Source: a bacterium (GTDB taxonomy: Bacteria > RUG730). From it: 64,000 bases of DNA. The DNA lies in NCBI GenBank assembly GCA_031551405.1, contig JAVBNQ010000005.1, forward strand, positions 99,992 to 163,991. Direction: 5' to 3'. This document shows positions 17,367 through 27,071 of this stretch, in pieces; position 1 is the first letter of the stretch; each line of letters opens with the position of its first letter. Position numbers and translations under genes: made by a program. The notes beneath the pieces are model-generated. The model was not told the DNA's origin and made no database searches. It saw only the letters and a program-made list of their open reading frames with translations.

Positions 17367-18210
17367 GCTGGCTCTTCGTGTAGACGATGAGATTTGTAAT
17401 CATTGACATCAAGATGCCAAAAATACAAATAAATCCTACGTATTCGAGTTGCAAAAATTGTATATTAAATAGCAAAACAGAAATACTATAATAAAACAAA
17501 TAAACTAACGCTATTGCCAAAACGCTTGCTAAAAATCCCAAAATAAAAGCTTCGCCAAAAATCAAGGTAAAAATTGTTCTTGCTTTTGCACCAAAATATC
17601 GCCATAGCAAAAATTCATTTTTTCTGTAATGCAAATAAATTTTTATAGTGTACAAAATAATAAAAAATGCAAGAGCTAACAAAATTAGAAACAAAATAAA
17701 TCCAATTTTTGTCAGCTTATTCAAAAAATTTTCGATATTTTGTACCAAATCCTGGCTATAAACCAAATCATCGACAAAATCAAGTCTCACGATTCCATCA
17801 ACAAAGTTTGTAATTTTTTTATAATTTTTATTTTTTAATTTGATTATAAAATAATTTTTGAGCGGATTTTCTTTCAAAATTTGAAATTCTTCGCTAAAGT
17901 CTTGATTTTCTGCAATAAAAGTTTTGAGTGCCGTTTCTTTATCGACAAAAATGATATTTTTTACATTTTTTTCGTCATTTTCCAAAATCTTATTCTTTAA
18001 TTCATCGATTTTTTCCGAAGTTAAATTTATCCCATTTTTGACAAAAATCGCGATCTCAAGTTTATCTTTTACAGAATCCGAAAAGTTCTCAAAATTTGTT
18101 CTGAATAAAAGCATGCTTCCGAGTATAAACAAAAATAAAGCGATAAAAATCACCATATCAAAACTTACTGAGCTATAACGTCTAATATTTAAAAAAATTT
18201 GTTTTAACAT
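17353..18210 (-). CDS. ftsX: Cell-division ABC transporter permease FtsX
   Basis: 285 aa with TM1, a large extracytoplasmic loop and 3 C-terminal TMs (FtsX topology). It lies between ftsE and the envC-like gene. Confidence 0.75.
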   Translation of the reverse strand: MLKQIFLNIRRYSSVSFDMVIFIALFLFILGSMLLFRTNFENFSDSVKDKLEIAIFVKNGINLTSEKIDELKNKILENDEKNVKNIIFVDKETALKTFIAENQDFSEEFQILKENPLKNYFIIKLKNKNYKKITNFVDGIVRLDFVDDLVYSQDLVQNIENFLNKLTKIGFILFLILLALAFFIILYTIKIYLHYRKNEFLLWRYFGAKARTIFTLIFGEAFILGFLASVLAIALVYLFYYSISVLLFNIQFLQLEYVGFICIFGILMSMITNLIVYTKSQHGTF

Positions 18211-18869
18211 AATTCAAATCTTCCTGATTTCAAATTTAAGACTGTGGCTGCAAAATGTTCGAGCATGTATTTTTGGCTCGTCATAAAAAGACAAGTTGCA
18301 TTTGGATCTTTGTGTTTATTGATCAAATCCCAAAGCAAATTTTTTTTATTTGAATCGATGTGATTAAAAGGTTCGTCAGCAATAATAATTTTCGGTTTTG
18401 TGATAATCGCGCGTAAGATTTCGACAATACGTTTTTGTCCGAGCGTCAAATCGTCCGGAAAAGCATATTTTAGTGTAAACAAATCTGCTTCTTTCAAAAT
18501 TTCGTTACCTTTTTGAGAAATAACGTCTTCTTTTTGTCCTCGCAAAACTAAAGGCAGCGCAATATTTTCAAAAATCGTTTTATTCTCGAGAAGTATAGTT
18601 TCTTGCCAAATAATTCCCAACTCTCGCCGATATGTAAGAATTTGCTTTTTGTTAAATTTCGCAAGGTTGTCGCCACAAATTCGCACAATTCCGGACGTAG
18701 GCTTTATATCCTTCAGCAAAAGTTTGAATATAGCGGTTTTCCCGCTCGAGCTTTCACCAAACAAAAAATAATTCGTGCCACTCATAAAATCAAACGAAGT
18801 CTCATTCAAAACTAATTGTTTGTTCTTAAAAACTTTTGAAATTTTATCAAATTCGATTACTTTAATCAT
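18204..18869 (-). CDS. ftsE: Cell-division ABC ATPase FtsE-like
   Basis: 221 aa with Walker A GESSSGKT, Walker B IIIADEPFNHID and a divergent signature (LTLGQKR instead of LSGGQ/E). It overlaps ftsX. Confidence 0.7.
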   Translation of the reverse strand: MIKVIEFDKISKVFKNKQLVLNETSFDFMSGTNYFLFGESSSGKTAIFKLLLKDIKPTSGIVRICGDNLAKFNKKQILTYRRELGIIWQETILLENKTIFENIALPLVLRGQKEDVISQKGNEILKEADLFTLKYAFPDDLTLGQKRIVEILRAIITKPKIIIADEPFNHIDSNKKNLLWDLINKHKDPNATCLFMTSQKYMLEHFAATVLNLKSGRFELC

Positions 18870-18884
18870 TTTTTTTCCTAAAAA

Positions 18885-19907
18885 TTAGTCTAACGAAATT
18901 CTCTCATCTAATCCTAATAAAATATTCATATTTTGGACAGCTTGTCCGGAAGCGCCTTTCACCAAATTGTCGAGACTAGAAAAAACTATTAACTTATTTG
19001 TCTCGTCGATATACGTGAAACCTATATCGCAAAAATTAGAATAGCTCACTGCCCTAGCTGATGGATAAATTCCATCAGGCAAAACTCGAATAAAATACTC
19101 GTTTTTATAATATTTTTGATAAATTTCGCGGATTTCGTTCGTCGTAATCCTTTTCGTTGGAGTCACATAAATTGTCGACACAATTCCTCTCGTGAGCGGC
19201 GTCAAGTGCGGCGTAAACGTCAGATTGATTTTTACTTTCGTAAGTTCTTCCAAGATCGACTCAACTTCCGGAATATGACGATGTTTTCCCGGGCTGTAAG
19301 GCAAAAAATTTTCGTTTTGCTCGTTGTAAAGATACATTGAGTCAAGCTTTTTGCCTGCGCCGGAAACTCCGGATTTAGAGTCAATTATAATATCTTTTGG
19401 ATTTATGAGATTTTCTTTTAGCAACGGGAAAAGCGGAAGAATCATGCTCGTAGCATAACAACCAGGATTTGCGATTAGTCTTGCGTTTTTAATTTTATCT
19501 CGATTAATTTCAGGCAATCCAAACGCTGCTTTTTGCAATAATTCCGGATGCAAATGCTTGGTTTTGTACCATTTTTCGTAAAGTCTAGCATCTTTAATGC
19601 GGAAATCGCTCGAAAGATCAATCACAATTTTTCCATCTGAAAGCGCTTCATTTGCAAAAGTCATGGCAATTGTGTGTGGCAAAGCCAGAAAAACTATATC
19701 GACGTTTTTTTTAAGTTTTTCCCAGTCATATTTTTCAAAAATCAAATCTTTTTTATTCCTAAGCTCAGGATGCAAATCTCCGAGTGATTTTCCGGAATTT
19801 GTATCGGAAATTATATTGCAAAGATCAACATTTGGGTGCCGTAATAAAAATTTAATCAGCTCTCGCCCAGTGTATCCAGATGCTCCGATTATCGCTACTT
19901 TTTGCAT
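18885..19907 (-). CDS. argC: N-acetyl-gamma-glutamyl-phosphate reductase
   Basis: 340 aa with IIGASGYTG and the catalytic NPGCYATS motif. Confidence 0.9.
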   Translation of the reverse strand: MQKVAIIGASGYTGRELIKFLLRHPNVDLCNIISDTNSGKSLGDLHPELRNKKDLIFEKYDWEKLKKNVDIVFLALPHTIAMTFANEALSDGKIVIDLSSDFRIKDARLYEKWYKTKHLHPELLQKAAFGLPEINRDKIKNARLIANPGCYATSMILPLFPLLKENLINPKDIIIDSKSGVSGAGKKLDSMYLYNEQNENFLPYSPGKHRHIPEVESILEELTKVKINLTFTPHLTPLTRGIVSTIYVTPTKRITTNEIREIYQKYYKNEYFIRVLPDGIYPSARAVSYSNFCDIGFTYIDETNKLIVFSSLDNLVKGASGQAVQNMNILLGLDERISLD

Positions 19908-19929
19908 TATCAGCGTTGCCTCTAAATTT

Positions 19930-20340
19930 CTATTGTTTTTTTCTAACTGAAAGATTTTTCATAACGAGAAGATTTAGTTTATTATTCAATTCAATGATTT
20001 TTGTCTCGTGTTTTTTGTATTCAGCAAGCTTATCATTATAATTCTTTATTTCGCTGTTGTATTCTTGAACAGTTTTTATATATTTATTGTGATCATTTTT
20101 ATTTTTCAATTCTTTTATTTTTTGCTCTAAATCTTTAATTCCTTGCTCTTTTTTTAATATTTCTTCTTGAAAAGTGGTCAAAAAAGCTTGTTCTTCATTA
20201 ATTTGAATTTGCAATTGCGATAACTCTTTATAAACTTGAACTCCTCGTGGAAGATAAAAAATTCCTGCTGCAACTATTGCTAAAAATAACACCAAATAAA
20301 TATATTTTGAAACTTTTTTCATTTTGTCCTCCATTGACAA
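19930..20340 (-). CDS. Hypothetical membrane-anchored coiled-coil protein
   Basis: 136 aa with one N-terminal TM helix followed by a heptad-rich Lys/Glu/Gln region. It sits tightly between argC and jag. No family recognised. Confidence 0.5.
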   Translation of the reverse strand: MSMEDKMKKVSKYIYLVLFLAIVAAGIFYLPRGVQVYKELSQLQIQINEEQAFLTTFQEEILKKEQGIKDLEQKIKELKNKNDHNKYIKTVQEYNSEIKNYNDKLAEYKKHETKIIELNNKLNLLVMKNLSVRKKQ

Positions 20341-20341
20341 T

Positions 20342-20980
20342 CTAACTTTTCTTATAAACTACAATACATCTATCTCTGCCTTCTCCTTCTGACTGTGAAT
20401 AAAAATCTTTGCTTGAGTCAAGAATCAAATGTATTATCCTTCGATCTCTGTTATTCATGGGTCTTAATTTATATGGTTTTCCGGTTTCTAAAATTTTTTT
20501 TGTAACATGTTCGAGCATTTCTTCGATTTGAATTTTTCTTTGTTCTTTATAATTATCGACATCAATATCAATTTTTATGTTGTTTTTTTGTTCTTTTGCA
20601 ACAATCCAATTTACTATCATGTCAAAAGCGTCCAAAATATCACCGGATCTGCCTATCAAAAATTTTCTATCGTCGCCATATAGTTTTATCAAAATTCTGC
20701 CACCAAAAACTGTGGCTTTTATATCCAGCTTCAAATTCATCAATTTTAATAAATGTTCGACTTTCCACTTTACGTCCTGAAGAAGATCAGAAAGATCTAT
20801 TTTTGGATCCTTGAGAGACATCTTTATTTTGACATAAGTATCACCGAGTAAATTCAAAAATCCAGCCTTTTTCTCTTCCAAAATCTCAATATCGACTGCG
20901 TCTTTTGTGGTTTTCAATTCTTCTAACCCAAGCTTCACAGCTTCTTCAAAACTTTTAGCCTTTAAAGTCAAAGTTTTCAT
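20342..20980 (-). CDS. jag: Jag/KhpB-type RNA-binding protein (Jag_N, KH, R3H)
   Basis: 212 aa with a C-terminal R3H motif (NNRDRRIIHLIL) and a conserved position downstream of yidC. Confidence 0.8.
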   Translation of the reverse strand: MKTLTLKAKSFEEAVKLGLEELKTTKDAVDIEILEEKKAGFLNLLGDTYVKIKMSLKDPKIDLSDLLQDVKWKVEHLLKLMNLKLDIKATVFGGRILIKLYGDDRKFLIGRSGDILDAFDMIVNWIVAKEQKNNIKIDIDVDNYKEQRKIQIEEMLEHVTKKILETGKPYKLRPMNNRDRRIIHLILDSSKDFYSQSEGEGRDRCIVVYKKS

Positions 20981-21009
20981 ATTTTCCCTCTTTACAAAAT
21001 TTTTTAAGA

Positions 21010-22572
21010 CTATTTATTTTGTTTTGATAAATAAAAATTCAAAGCCAAAGTAAAAATATTGCTTACAAGCCAATACAAAACTAATCCCGACGGAAAGTTC
21101 CAAAACATAAATAAAAACAAAATTGGCATAAACAAAAACATTTTATTTTGCATATCATCCGACGACGTAACAGTATTAATTTTCTGATTCAAAAACATAG
21201 TTAGCCCCATAAGTATTGGCAAAATATTTATAGGAATCCCGGCCAAATGTCCTATTGTATCAGGTTTTGCAAGGTCTTTCACCCATAAAACAAATGGCGC
21301 GTGTCTTAGTTCCGTCGCATTCCGCAAAGTCGAAAATAATGCCCAAAAAATTGGCAGCTGAAGCAAAAGCGGTAAGCATCCTCCAAATGGATTAACTTTT
21401 TCGCTCTTATATAGAAGCATGGTTTCCATATTCATTTTTTGAGAATCGTTCTTATATTTTTGTTTCAAAGCTTCGAGTTTTGGTTGAAGTTTTTTCATGG
21501 CATGCATTGCGGAATAGCTTTTTTTGTTAAGAGGGAAAAGTAGGATTTGAAGAATTGCGGTTAGGATAATAATCGACCAGCCGTAATTTTTTGTAAAAGC
21601 ATAAAATAACGATAAAAGCCACAGTAAAAATTTCACGAGCCAACTAAAAATTCCAAGAGACAGATTTTTTTCTAAGTCTTTATCGAATGACGCGAGATAT
21701 TTGTAGTTTTTTATGCCCCAAATCGTGTCGAGCTCTAGCGTCGTAGCTGAATTTGGTTCTAATACTAAATTTGTCGAATAATAAGCATTCGGAATTTTGT
21801 AATCTATGACGTTAAATTGACTAAAAAAATTATTTTTATCTATCAAAATTGAACAAAAATAATGATTATTTATCGAAAACCAAGAATTTTTCCCGAGATC
21901 ATAAAATTGTTCTTTTGGCTTTTTTGTGATTTTGTCATTATTAAAAAATAAAAAACTCATGTCTTTAATTTCTTGATTATATTTCAATTTTTCATCGGTG
22001 CCTATGCCTGGTCCAAGTCCAATTCTGAAATTTGTAATTTTCTTTGCTTCACGAGACGAATTGCGAATTTGCATTTTTATGTTAATTAATCCAACGTCGT
22101 CGCCAAATCTATATTCCGTTTCAATGCCGATTTCATCATTTATTTTTCCGATCAGAATCAAGCTCGATTCGTCTTGCATGACTGGCGTCTGAAAATAAGT
22201 CACATTCGGATGAATTGTAAGCGGATAAATTTTATCGGAATAAATCAACTCAACGTTATTATTTTTTTCCTTGATAACATAGCTCGTGATACCACCAAAT
22301 TTATCAAAAGTAATTTTTCGATTTTTATCTTCCAGAACAAACGAATATTTATCATCTGAATTTGCCATCTCTAGCTTGTCATTTACAGACGTTATATCTT
22401 GGACTTTCTCGTCAGCAGTAACAACCTCGGATTTCATTTCCTGATTAGCAAGTTCACGAGGATTTGAAACTTTTTTCTTATTGTTGAAAAACATAAACCA
22501 CAAAAATATCACCAAAAAAGATAAAACTACAGCGAAAATAGTATTTTTTTCCATATTTTTTATTCCTATCAT
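21010..22572 (-). CDS. yidC: Membrane protein insertase YidC
   Basis: 520 aa with an N-terminal TM, a large periplasmic domain and a C-terminal 60-kDa IMP core (GGCLPLLLQLPIFWALF..). It lies within the rpmH-rnpA-yidD-yidC cluster. Confidence 0.9.
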   Translation of the reverse strand: MIGIKNMEKNTIFAVVLSFLVIFLWFMFFNNKKKVSNPRELANQEMKSEVVTADEKVQDITSVNDKLEMANSDDKYSFVLEDKNRKITFDKFGGITSYVIKEKNNNVELIYSDKIYPLTIHPNVTYFQTPVMQDESSLILIGKINDEIGIETEYRFGDDVGLINIKMQIRNSSREAKKITNFRIGLGPGIGTDEKLKYNQEIKDMSFLFFNNDKITKKPKEQFYDLGKNSWFSINNHYFCSILIDKNNFFSQFNVIDYKIPNAYYSTNLVLEPNSATTLELDTIWGIKNYKYLASFDKDLEKNLSLGIFSWLVKFLLWLLSLFYAFTKNYGWSIIILTAILQILLFPLNKKSYSAMHAMKKLQPKLEALKQKYKNDSQKMNMETMLLYKSEKVNPFGGCLPLLLQLPIFWALFSTLRNATELRHAPFVLWVKDLAKPDTIGHLAGIPINILPILMGLTMFLNQKINTVTSSDDMQNKMFLFMPILFLFMFWNFPSGLVLYWLVSNIFTLALNFYLSKQNK

Positions 22573-22599
22573 CTAAAATCACAAAGAAAATTCAAAAAA

Positions 22600-22851
22600 T
22601 TAATCTTCCAAATAATCAATTCCTCCCTCACAAAACGGATGACATTTTCTGAGCCTGTTCACGGTTAAAAAAAGCCCTTTCAAAAACCCTTTTTTCTGAA
22701 AAGCCTGCAAGGAATACTCAGAACACGTCGGATAAAATCTGCATCTTTTGGGGAAGAATTGTGAGGTAATTTTGTACAGTTTTATGATTGGCAAACATAA
22801 AAATTTCACTAGATTTTTATCTAATTTAACAAAAAATTTTATCTTTTCCAC
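22600..22851 (-). CDS. yidD: Membrane protein insertion efficiency factor YidD
   Basis: 83 aa with [13 protein letters not shown] motifs. Confidence 0.85.
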   Translation of the reverse strand: MEKIKFFVKLDKNLVKFLCLPIIKLYKITSQFFPKRCRFYPTCSEYSLQAFQKKGFLKGLFLTVNRLRKCHPFCEGGIDYLED

Positions 22852-23180
22852 AAACTTAGTAGTTCCTCTTGTATGCCGGACATCTTCAAGTCCGAAAAAT
22901 CTTTTTTTGCAATTACAAGAATATCTTTCTTTTCCAAGTCAAATATTTCAGATTTGTGAAGCCGAAAAATCTCTCGAACTAATCTTTTCATTCTATTTCG
23001 TTTAGCTGCAATGGCAACGGACTTTTTTATCGAAATTGCGATTCGATTAAATTCTAAACCGTTCGGACAGAAATAAACCAAAAAAATTTTACTTGAAACT
23101 TTAGTGTTACACGTGAACAACCGCGTAAAATCTCTCTTTAAACGGATTTTTTCATTATAAGCAAACGAATTTTTTTTCAA
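22839..23180 (-). CDS. rnpA: Ribonuclease P protein component
   Basis: 113 aa, basic, with an RNR-type motif ([13 protein letters not shown]). It lies directly downstream of rpmH. Confidence 0.85.
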   Translation of the reverse strand: MKKNSFAYNEKIRLKRDFTRLFTCNTKVSSKIFLVYFCPNGLEFNRIAISIKKSVAIAAKRNRMKRLVREIFRLHKSEIFDLEKKDILVIAKKDFSDLKMSGIQEELLSLWKR

Positions 23181-23181
23181 A

Positions 23182-23316
23182 TTACACGCACAAAACCTTT
23201 CTACCTTTCTGTCTTCTTGATTTCAAAACATTTCGTCCGGCTTTTGAGCTCATTCGCACCAAAAAACCATGTGTTCTTCGTCGTCGCCTATTATTAGGCT
23301 GGTAAGTCATTTTCAT
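23182..23316 (-). CDS. rpmH: 50S ribosomal protein L34 (below the ORF-track length cutoff)
   Basis: Manual translation of the minus strand gives [44 protein letters not shown] (44 aa), a clear L34 signature. A GGGAGA RBS sits upstream and the stop is 1 nt before the rnpA start. Confidence 0.9.
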   Translation of the reverse strand: MKMTYQPNNRRRRRTHGFLVRMSSKAGRNVLKSRRQKGRKVLCV

Positions 23317-23432
23317 CGTAATTCTCCCATTTCAATCTAAAATTTTAAAACTCGAATTATAAAACAAGTTCTTTTTTCTGTCAATTAATTATATATTTTG
23401 GCAAGGCAAAATAAAAATGTCAGTTTTTAACT

Positions 23433-24722
23433 TTATTCCTCGAAAATTTCTTTTTCTTCAGACTCATCGATCAAATCCAAAAGATTTTTTGAAATCGTTT
23501 TGTCAGTCTGAATTCCAAGGCTTTTTAATTTTTCAGCTTTTGCAATGATAGTGTCGCTTTTTCGAGCAGATTTCGTAAGCTTGTTTATAGCTGACTCATA
23601 AGATTTTTGACTCAAAGCCAAATGTTTTCCGATATCTTCCACGTCGCCAACGAACCCGGACATTTTGTTGTACAAATCCGCTCCGGTTTTAGTGATCTCG
23701 AGAAAATTTCGCCGCAAATCTTCTTGTTTCCAAATATGCGCGATCGTCCTCAAAGCCGGCACAAGCGTTGAAGCCGGAGTCAAAATAATACTTTTGTTGA
23801 GCGCATACTCGAAAAGATTCATGTCAAAGTGAGTCGCAATTACGAGAGCAGATTCTATTGGCACAAACATAAAAACAAAATCAGGATTTTTCAACCCAAT
23901 CGACGGATAATTTTTTTTACTCAAATTGTCTATGTGCGAATAAATACTGTCCACATGTTCTTTCAAATATGTTTTTTTATCCACTTCTTCCGTCGCAGAA
24001 AAATATTTTTCATAAGCTATCAGCGACACTTTTGCGTCAATAATCAAAATTTTCTGGTCTGTTAATTTTACGATACAATCCGGTTGCAACCTGTGGTTCT
24101 CGTCAGTCGTAAAATTTTGCTGTAACTCGTAATTTATACCCTTTTGCAATCCGGATATTTCCAAAATTCTCTCGAGCTGAGACTCACCCCAATTTCCCTG
24201 AATTTTCACATTACTTTTGAGCGCAGAAGCCAAATTGTTTGCTTCATCGGAAATTTTTCTGTTAAATTCAAACAAATTCTTGATTTCGTGCTTTAAATTT
24301 GATTTTTCTTGGCTTTCCGCCACAAAATAATTCTCAATCTTTTCTTCAAATTTTTTTATATTTTCCTTGAACGGGCTCAAAATCATGTTTAAAAAATTAT
24401 TGTTTTCGTCTAAAAAAAATTTAGTTTTCTCAATTAAAATTTTATTCGCTAAATTTTCAAAAGTCTCATTAATTTTAGTAGAATTTAAATTAGCGTTTTC
24501 TCTTGATTCTTCCAAATTTTTGACAATTTCATCTTTTTTCGCAAGCTCTATTTTTAGTTCAAAATTTTGCTCACTGATATCCTTCAGCTTAGCCTCGAAT
24601 TCATCAGCTTTAGTTTTCATAAACTCAAAAAATTTTCTCGACACAAAGTTTTTCTTAAAAATTTGCAATAAAAAATAAAATAAAACTACGGCGCTCAAAT
24701 TTTTAAGTATCGAAATTACCAT
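23433..24722 (-). CDS. rmuC: DNA recombination protein RmuC
   Basis: 429 aa with an N-terminal TM, a coiled coil and a C-terminal RmuC nuclease-like domain (..QPDCIVKL..IIDAKVSL..). Confidence 0.8.
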   Translation of the reverse strand: MVISILKNLSAVVLFYFLLQIFKKNFVSRKFFEFMKTKADEFEAKLKDISEQNFELKIELAKKDEIVKNLEESRENANLNSTKINETFENLANKILIEKTKFFLDENNNFLNMILSPFKENIKKFEEKIENYFVAESQEKSNLKHEIKNLFEFNRKISDEANNLASALKSNVKIQGNWGESQLERILEISGLQKGINYELQQNFTTDENHRLQPDCIVKLTDQKILIIDAKVSLIAYEKYFSATEEVDKKTYLKEHVDSIYSHIDNLSKKNYPSIGLKNPDFVFMFVPIESALVIATHFDMNLFEYALNKSIILTPASTLVPALRTIAHIWKQEDLRRNFLEITKTGADLYNKMSGFVGDVEDIGKHLALSQKSYESAINKLTKSARKSDTIIAKAEKLKSLGIQTDKTISKNLLDLIDESEEKEIFEE

Positions 24723-24737
24723 AAAAATCTCCGAGTT

Positions 24738-26015
24738 TTAATCTCTGTCCTTCAAATAATGCTGGCTTTCCAGTTCCATAGCTTTTAAAAAATCTTTATT
24801 TGTTTTTGTTGCTCGCATTTTATCAGCCAAAAGCTCCATCCCCTCGACGATATTTAGGCTCGAAATTACTTTGCGCAAAACCCAAGTTTTATTTAATTCG
24901 TCAGGACTCAATAGCAACTCTTCTTTTCTAGTGCCGGATCGTAAAATATCAATCGAAGGAAAAATTCTCTTATCGACCAATTTTCTGTCCAAGCAAAGCT
25001 CCATGTTTCCGGTTCCTTTAAATTCTTCAAAAATCACATCGTCCATTCTGCTTCCGGTGTCAACCAGTGCTGTTGCTAAAATCGTTAAACTTCCGCCCTC
25101 CTCAATATTTCGAGCTGCTCCGAAAAACCGTTTTGGCTTTTGCAAAGCGTTTGAATCAATTCCCCCGGACAAAACTCGTCCGCTCGACGGCATTGTTGCA
25201 TTATAAGCCCTTGCCAGTCTCGTGATGCTGTCTAAAAGAATCACAACATCTTTTTTTGTCTCGACTATACGTTTTGCTTTTTCGATTACCATTTCAGCGA
25301 CTTGCACGTGCCGTTCGCAAGGCTCGTCAAATGTCGACGCTATCACTTCGCCCTTCACTGATCGCTGCATGTCAGTAACTTCCTCTGGTCTTTCGTCAAT
25401 CAAAAGTACCATCAAAGTAATTTCCGGATGATTCGCCGTAATACTATTAGCAATTTTTTGCAAAAGAATAGTTTTTCCTGTCCTCGGTGGCGCGACTATT
25501 AATCCTCTCTGGCCTTTCCCGATCGGCGACACAAAATCCATTATTCGCATTGAAATCTCATTTTGCGTAGTTTCAAGATTGATTTTTTGTGACGGATAAA
25601 GAGGTGTCAAATTATCAAACAACATCCTCTCTCGTGTAATATTTGGATCAAGGCCATTAACAGCCTCAACTCTCAATAAAGCGAAAAATCTCTCACCTTC
25701 TTTTGGTGCTCGAACTTGTCCGGAAACCATGTCGCCTTTTCTCAAACCAAACTTTTTTATTTGCGACGGAGAAATATAAATATCGTCCTGACCAGGCAAA
25801 TAATTGTAGTTTGGAGATCGCAAAAATCCAAATCCATCAGGCAAAATCTCCAGTATGCCCTCATCATAAACATTGCCGTTTTCACTGGCTTGTTTTTGCA
25901 GAATTTTAAAGATTAAATCCTGTTTTAATAAACTAGCAACATCTTCGATTTCCAATTTTTTTGCCTCAGCTTGAAGCTCAGATAAAGTCATTTTGGATAA
26001 ACAAGTAATATCCAT
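24738..26015 (-). CDS. rho: Transcription termination factor Rho
   Basis: 425 aa with the Rho N-terminal and CSD-like RNA-binding domain (GFGFLR), Walker A PPRTGKT and Q/R loops. Confidence 0.95.
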   Translation of the reverse strand: MDITCLSKMTLSELQAEAKKLEIEDVASLLKQDLIFKILQKQASENGNVYDEGILEILPDGFGFLRSPNYNYLPGQDDIYISPSQIKKFGLRKGDMVSGQVRAPKEGERFFALLRVEAVNGLDPNITRERMLFDNLTPLYPSQKINLETTQNEISMRIMDFVSPIGKGQRGLIVAPPRTGKTILLQKIANSITANHPEITLMVLLIDERPEEVTDMQRSVKGEVIASTFDEPCERHVQVAEMVIEKAKRIVETKKDVVILLDSITRLARAYNATMPSSGRVLSGGIDSNALQKPKRFFGAARNIEEGGSLTILATALVDTGSRMDDVIFEEFKGTGNMELCLDRKLVDKRIFPSIDILRSGTRKEELLLSPDELNKTWVLRKVISSLNIVEGMELLADKMRATKTNKDFLKAMELESQHYLKDRD

Positions 26016-26228
26016 CCATCCTCCTAGATGAAAAATTTAAATTTATAATAAAATTTTTGATTTTCTTGATTTTATGTTTTTTAGATTTGAAAAATGATTT
26101 GATAAAAAGAATTTTGAAGAAATTTCATAAGCTTAAATTTGGAATAATAATTGTAGGCTATGATTTGCTTGAATTTAAGGGTAATAATATTATCGAATTT
26201 TCTTGTTGTCAAGCTTTTTTAAAATAAT

Positions 26229-26257
26229 TTTACTTTTTCCTCGAAATTATTTATAAT
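26229..26257 (+). promoter_or_regulatory. Putative sigma70-type promoter for the methyltransferase gene
   Basis: TTTACT (26229-26234), 17-nt spacer, TATAAT (26252-26257), 40 nt upstream of the ATG. Confidence 0.4.
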
Positions 26258-26297
26258 CAGCGAAATTTTTTTATTAAATTTAGTCGAGAAAGTTCAA

Positions 26298-27071
26298 ATG
26301 CATGAAATTATTACAAATTTTGATAAAGCTTCGGAAACTTACGAAAAGTTTGGTAGCGTACAACAAGAAGCCGCTGAAATTACTTTCGAAATGCTCAAGA
26401 AATCTAATTTTTGCCCTCATTTTACGCTCGAACTCGGCTGCGGTCCCGGGAATTACACAAAAATGATCGCAAAAGGATTTCCAAATTCAAACATTTTGGC
26501 GATCGACGCGTCGGAAAAAATGATAAAGTTAGCTCAAAAAAACGCGAATTTTACAAACACAAAATATCTCGTCGGGAATGCTGAAAATGTCGACGAAATT
26601 GTAAAAGAGCAAAAATTTGACTTGATTACTTCAAACGCAACTTTTCAATGGATTCACGAAAAAAACATTTTATTTCAAAAACTAAAGCAAATCTTAAATC
26701 GGTCGGGAATAATGTTATTCTCAAGTTTCGGCCCAAAAACTTTTTGCGAGTTAGATTTTGCTTTAAACAAATTGGATTTTGCTATCGAAATTCCGTCACA
26801 AGGTTTTGCAGATGAGCTAATATACAAAAAACTAATTAATGAAATTTTTAAAAATTCGGGACTTGAAATAACAAAAAAATTTATCACTAAAAAATATGAA
26901 AATTTATTCGAACTTTTAAAAACAATTAAACAAACCGGAACTCAAGGACAAAAAAACAAACTAATCTGGACGAAAAATAAAATCCTCAAGTTGGAAGAAT
27001 TTTATTTAAAATCTTTTGGAGAAATAATCGCAACCTACGAAATTATTTTTGTAAAATGTTCTATTTCTTAA
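26298..27071 (+). CDS. Class I SAM-dependent methyltransferase, BioC-like (malonyl-ACP O-methyltransferase type)
   Basis: 257 aa with FDKASETYEKFGSVQQ at the N-terminus and SAM motif I LELGCGPGNYT. The tail ..IKQTGTQG..ATYEIIF is collinear with E. coli BioC. Confidence 0.6.
   Translation: MHEIITNFDKASETYEKFGSVQQEAAEITFEMLKKSNFCPHFTLELGCGPGNYTKMIAKGFPNSNILAIDASEKMIKLAQKNANFTNTKYLVGNAENVDEIVKEQKFDLITSNATFQWIHEKNILFQKLKQILNRSGIMLFSSFGPKTFCELDFALNKLDFAIEIPSQGFADELIYKKLINEIFKNSGLEITKKFITKKYENLFELLKTIKQTGTQGQKNKLIWTKNKILKLEEFYLKSFGEIIATYEIIFVKCSIS

Noticed and set aside
23317-23432. Possible oriC next to rpmH
   Set aside because: I could read no DnaA-box-like 9-mers in the spacer, and no dnaA gene is adjacent. 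The only TGTGGAT-like string I noticed is isolated, at about 45302.
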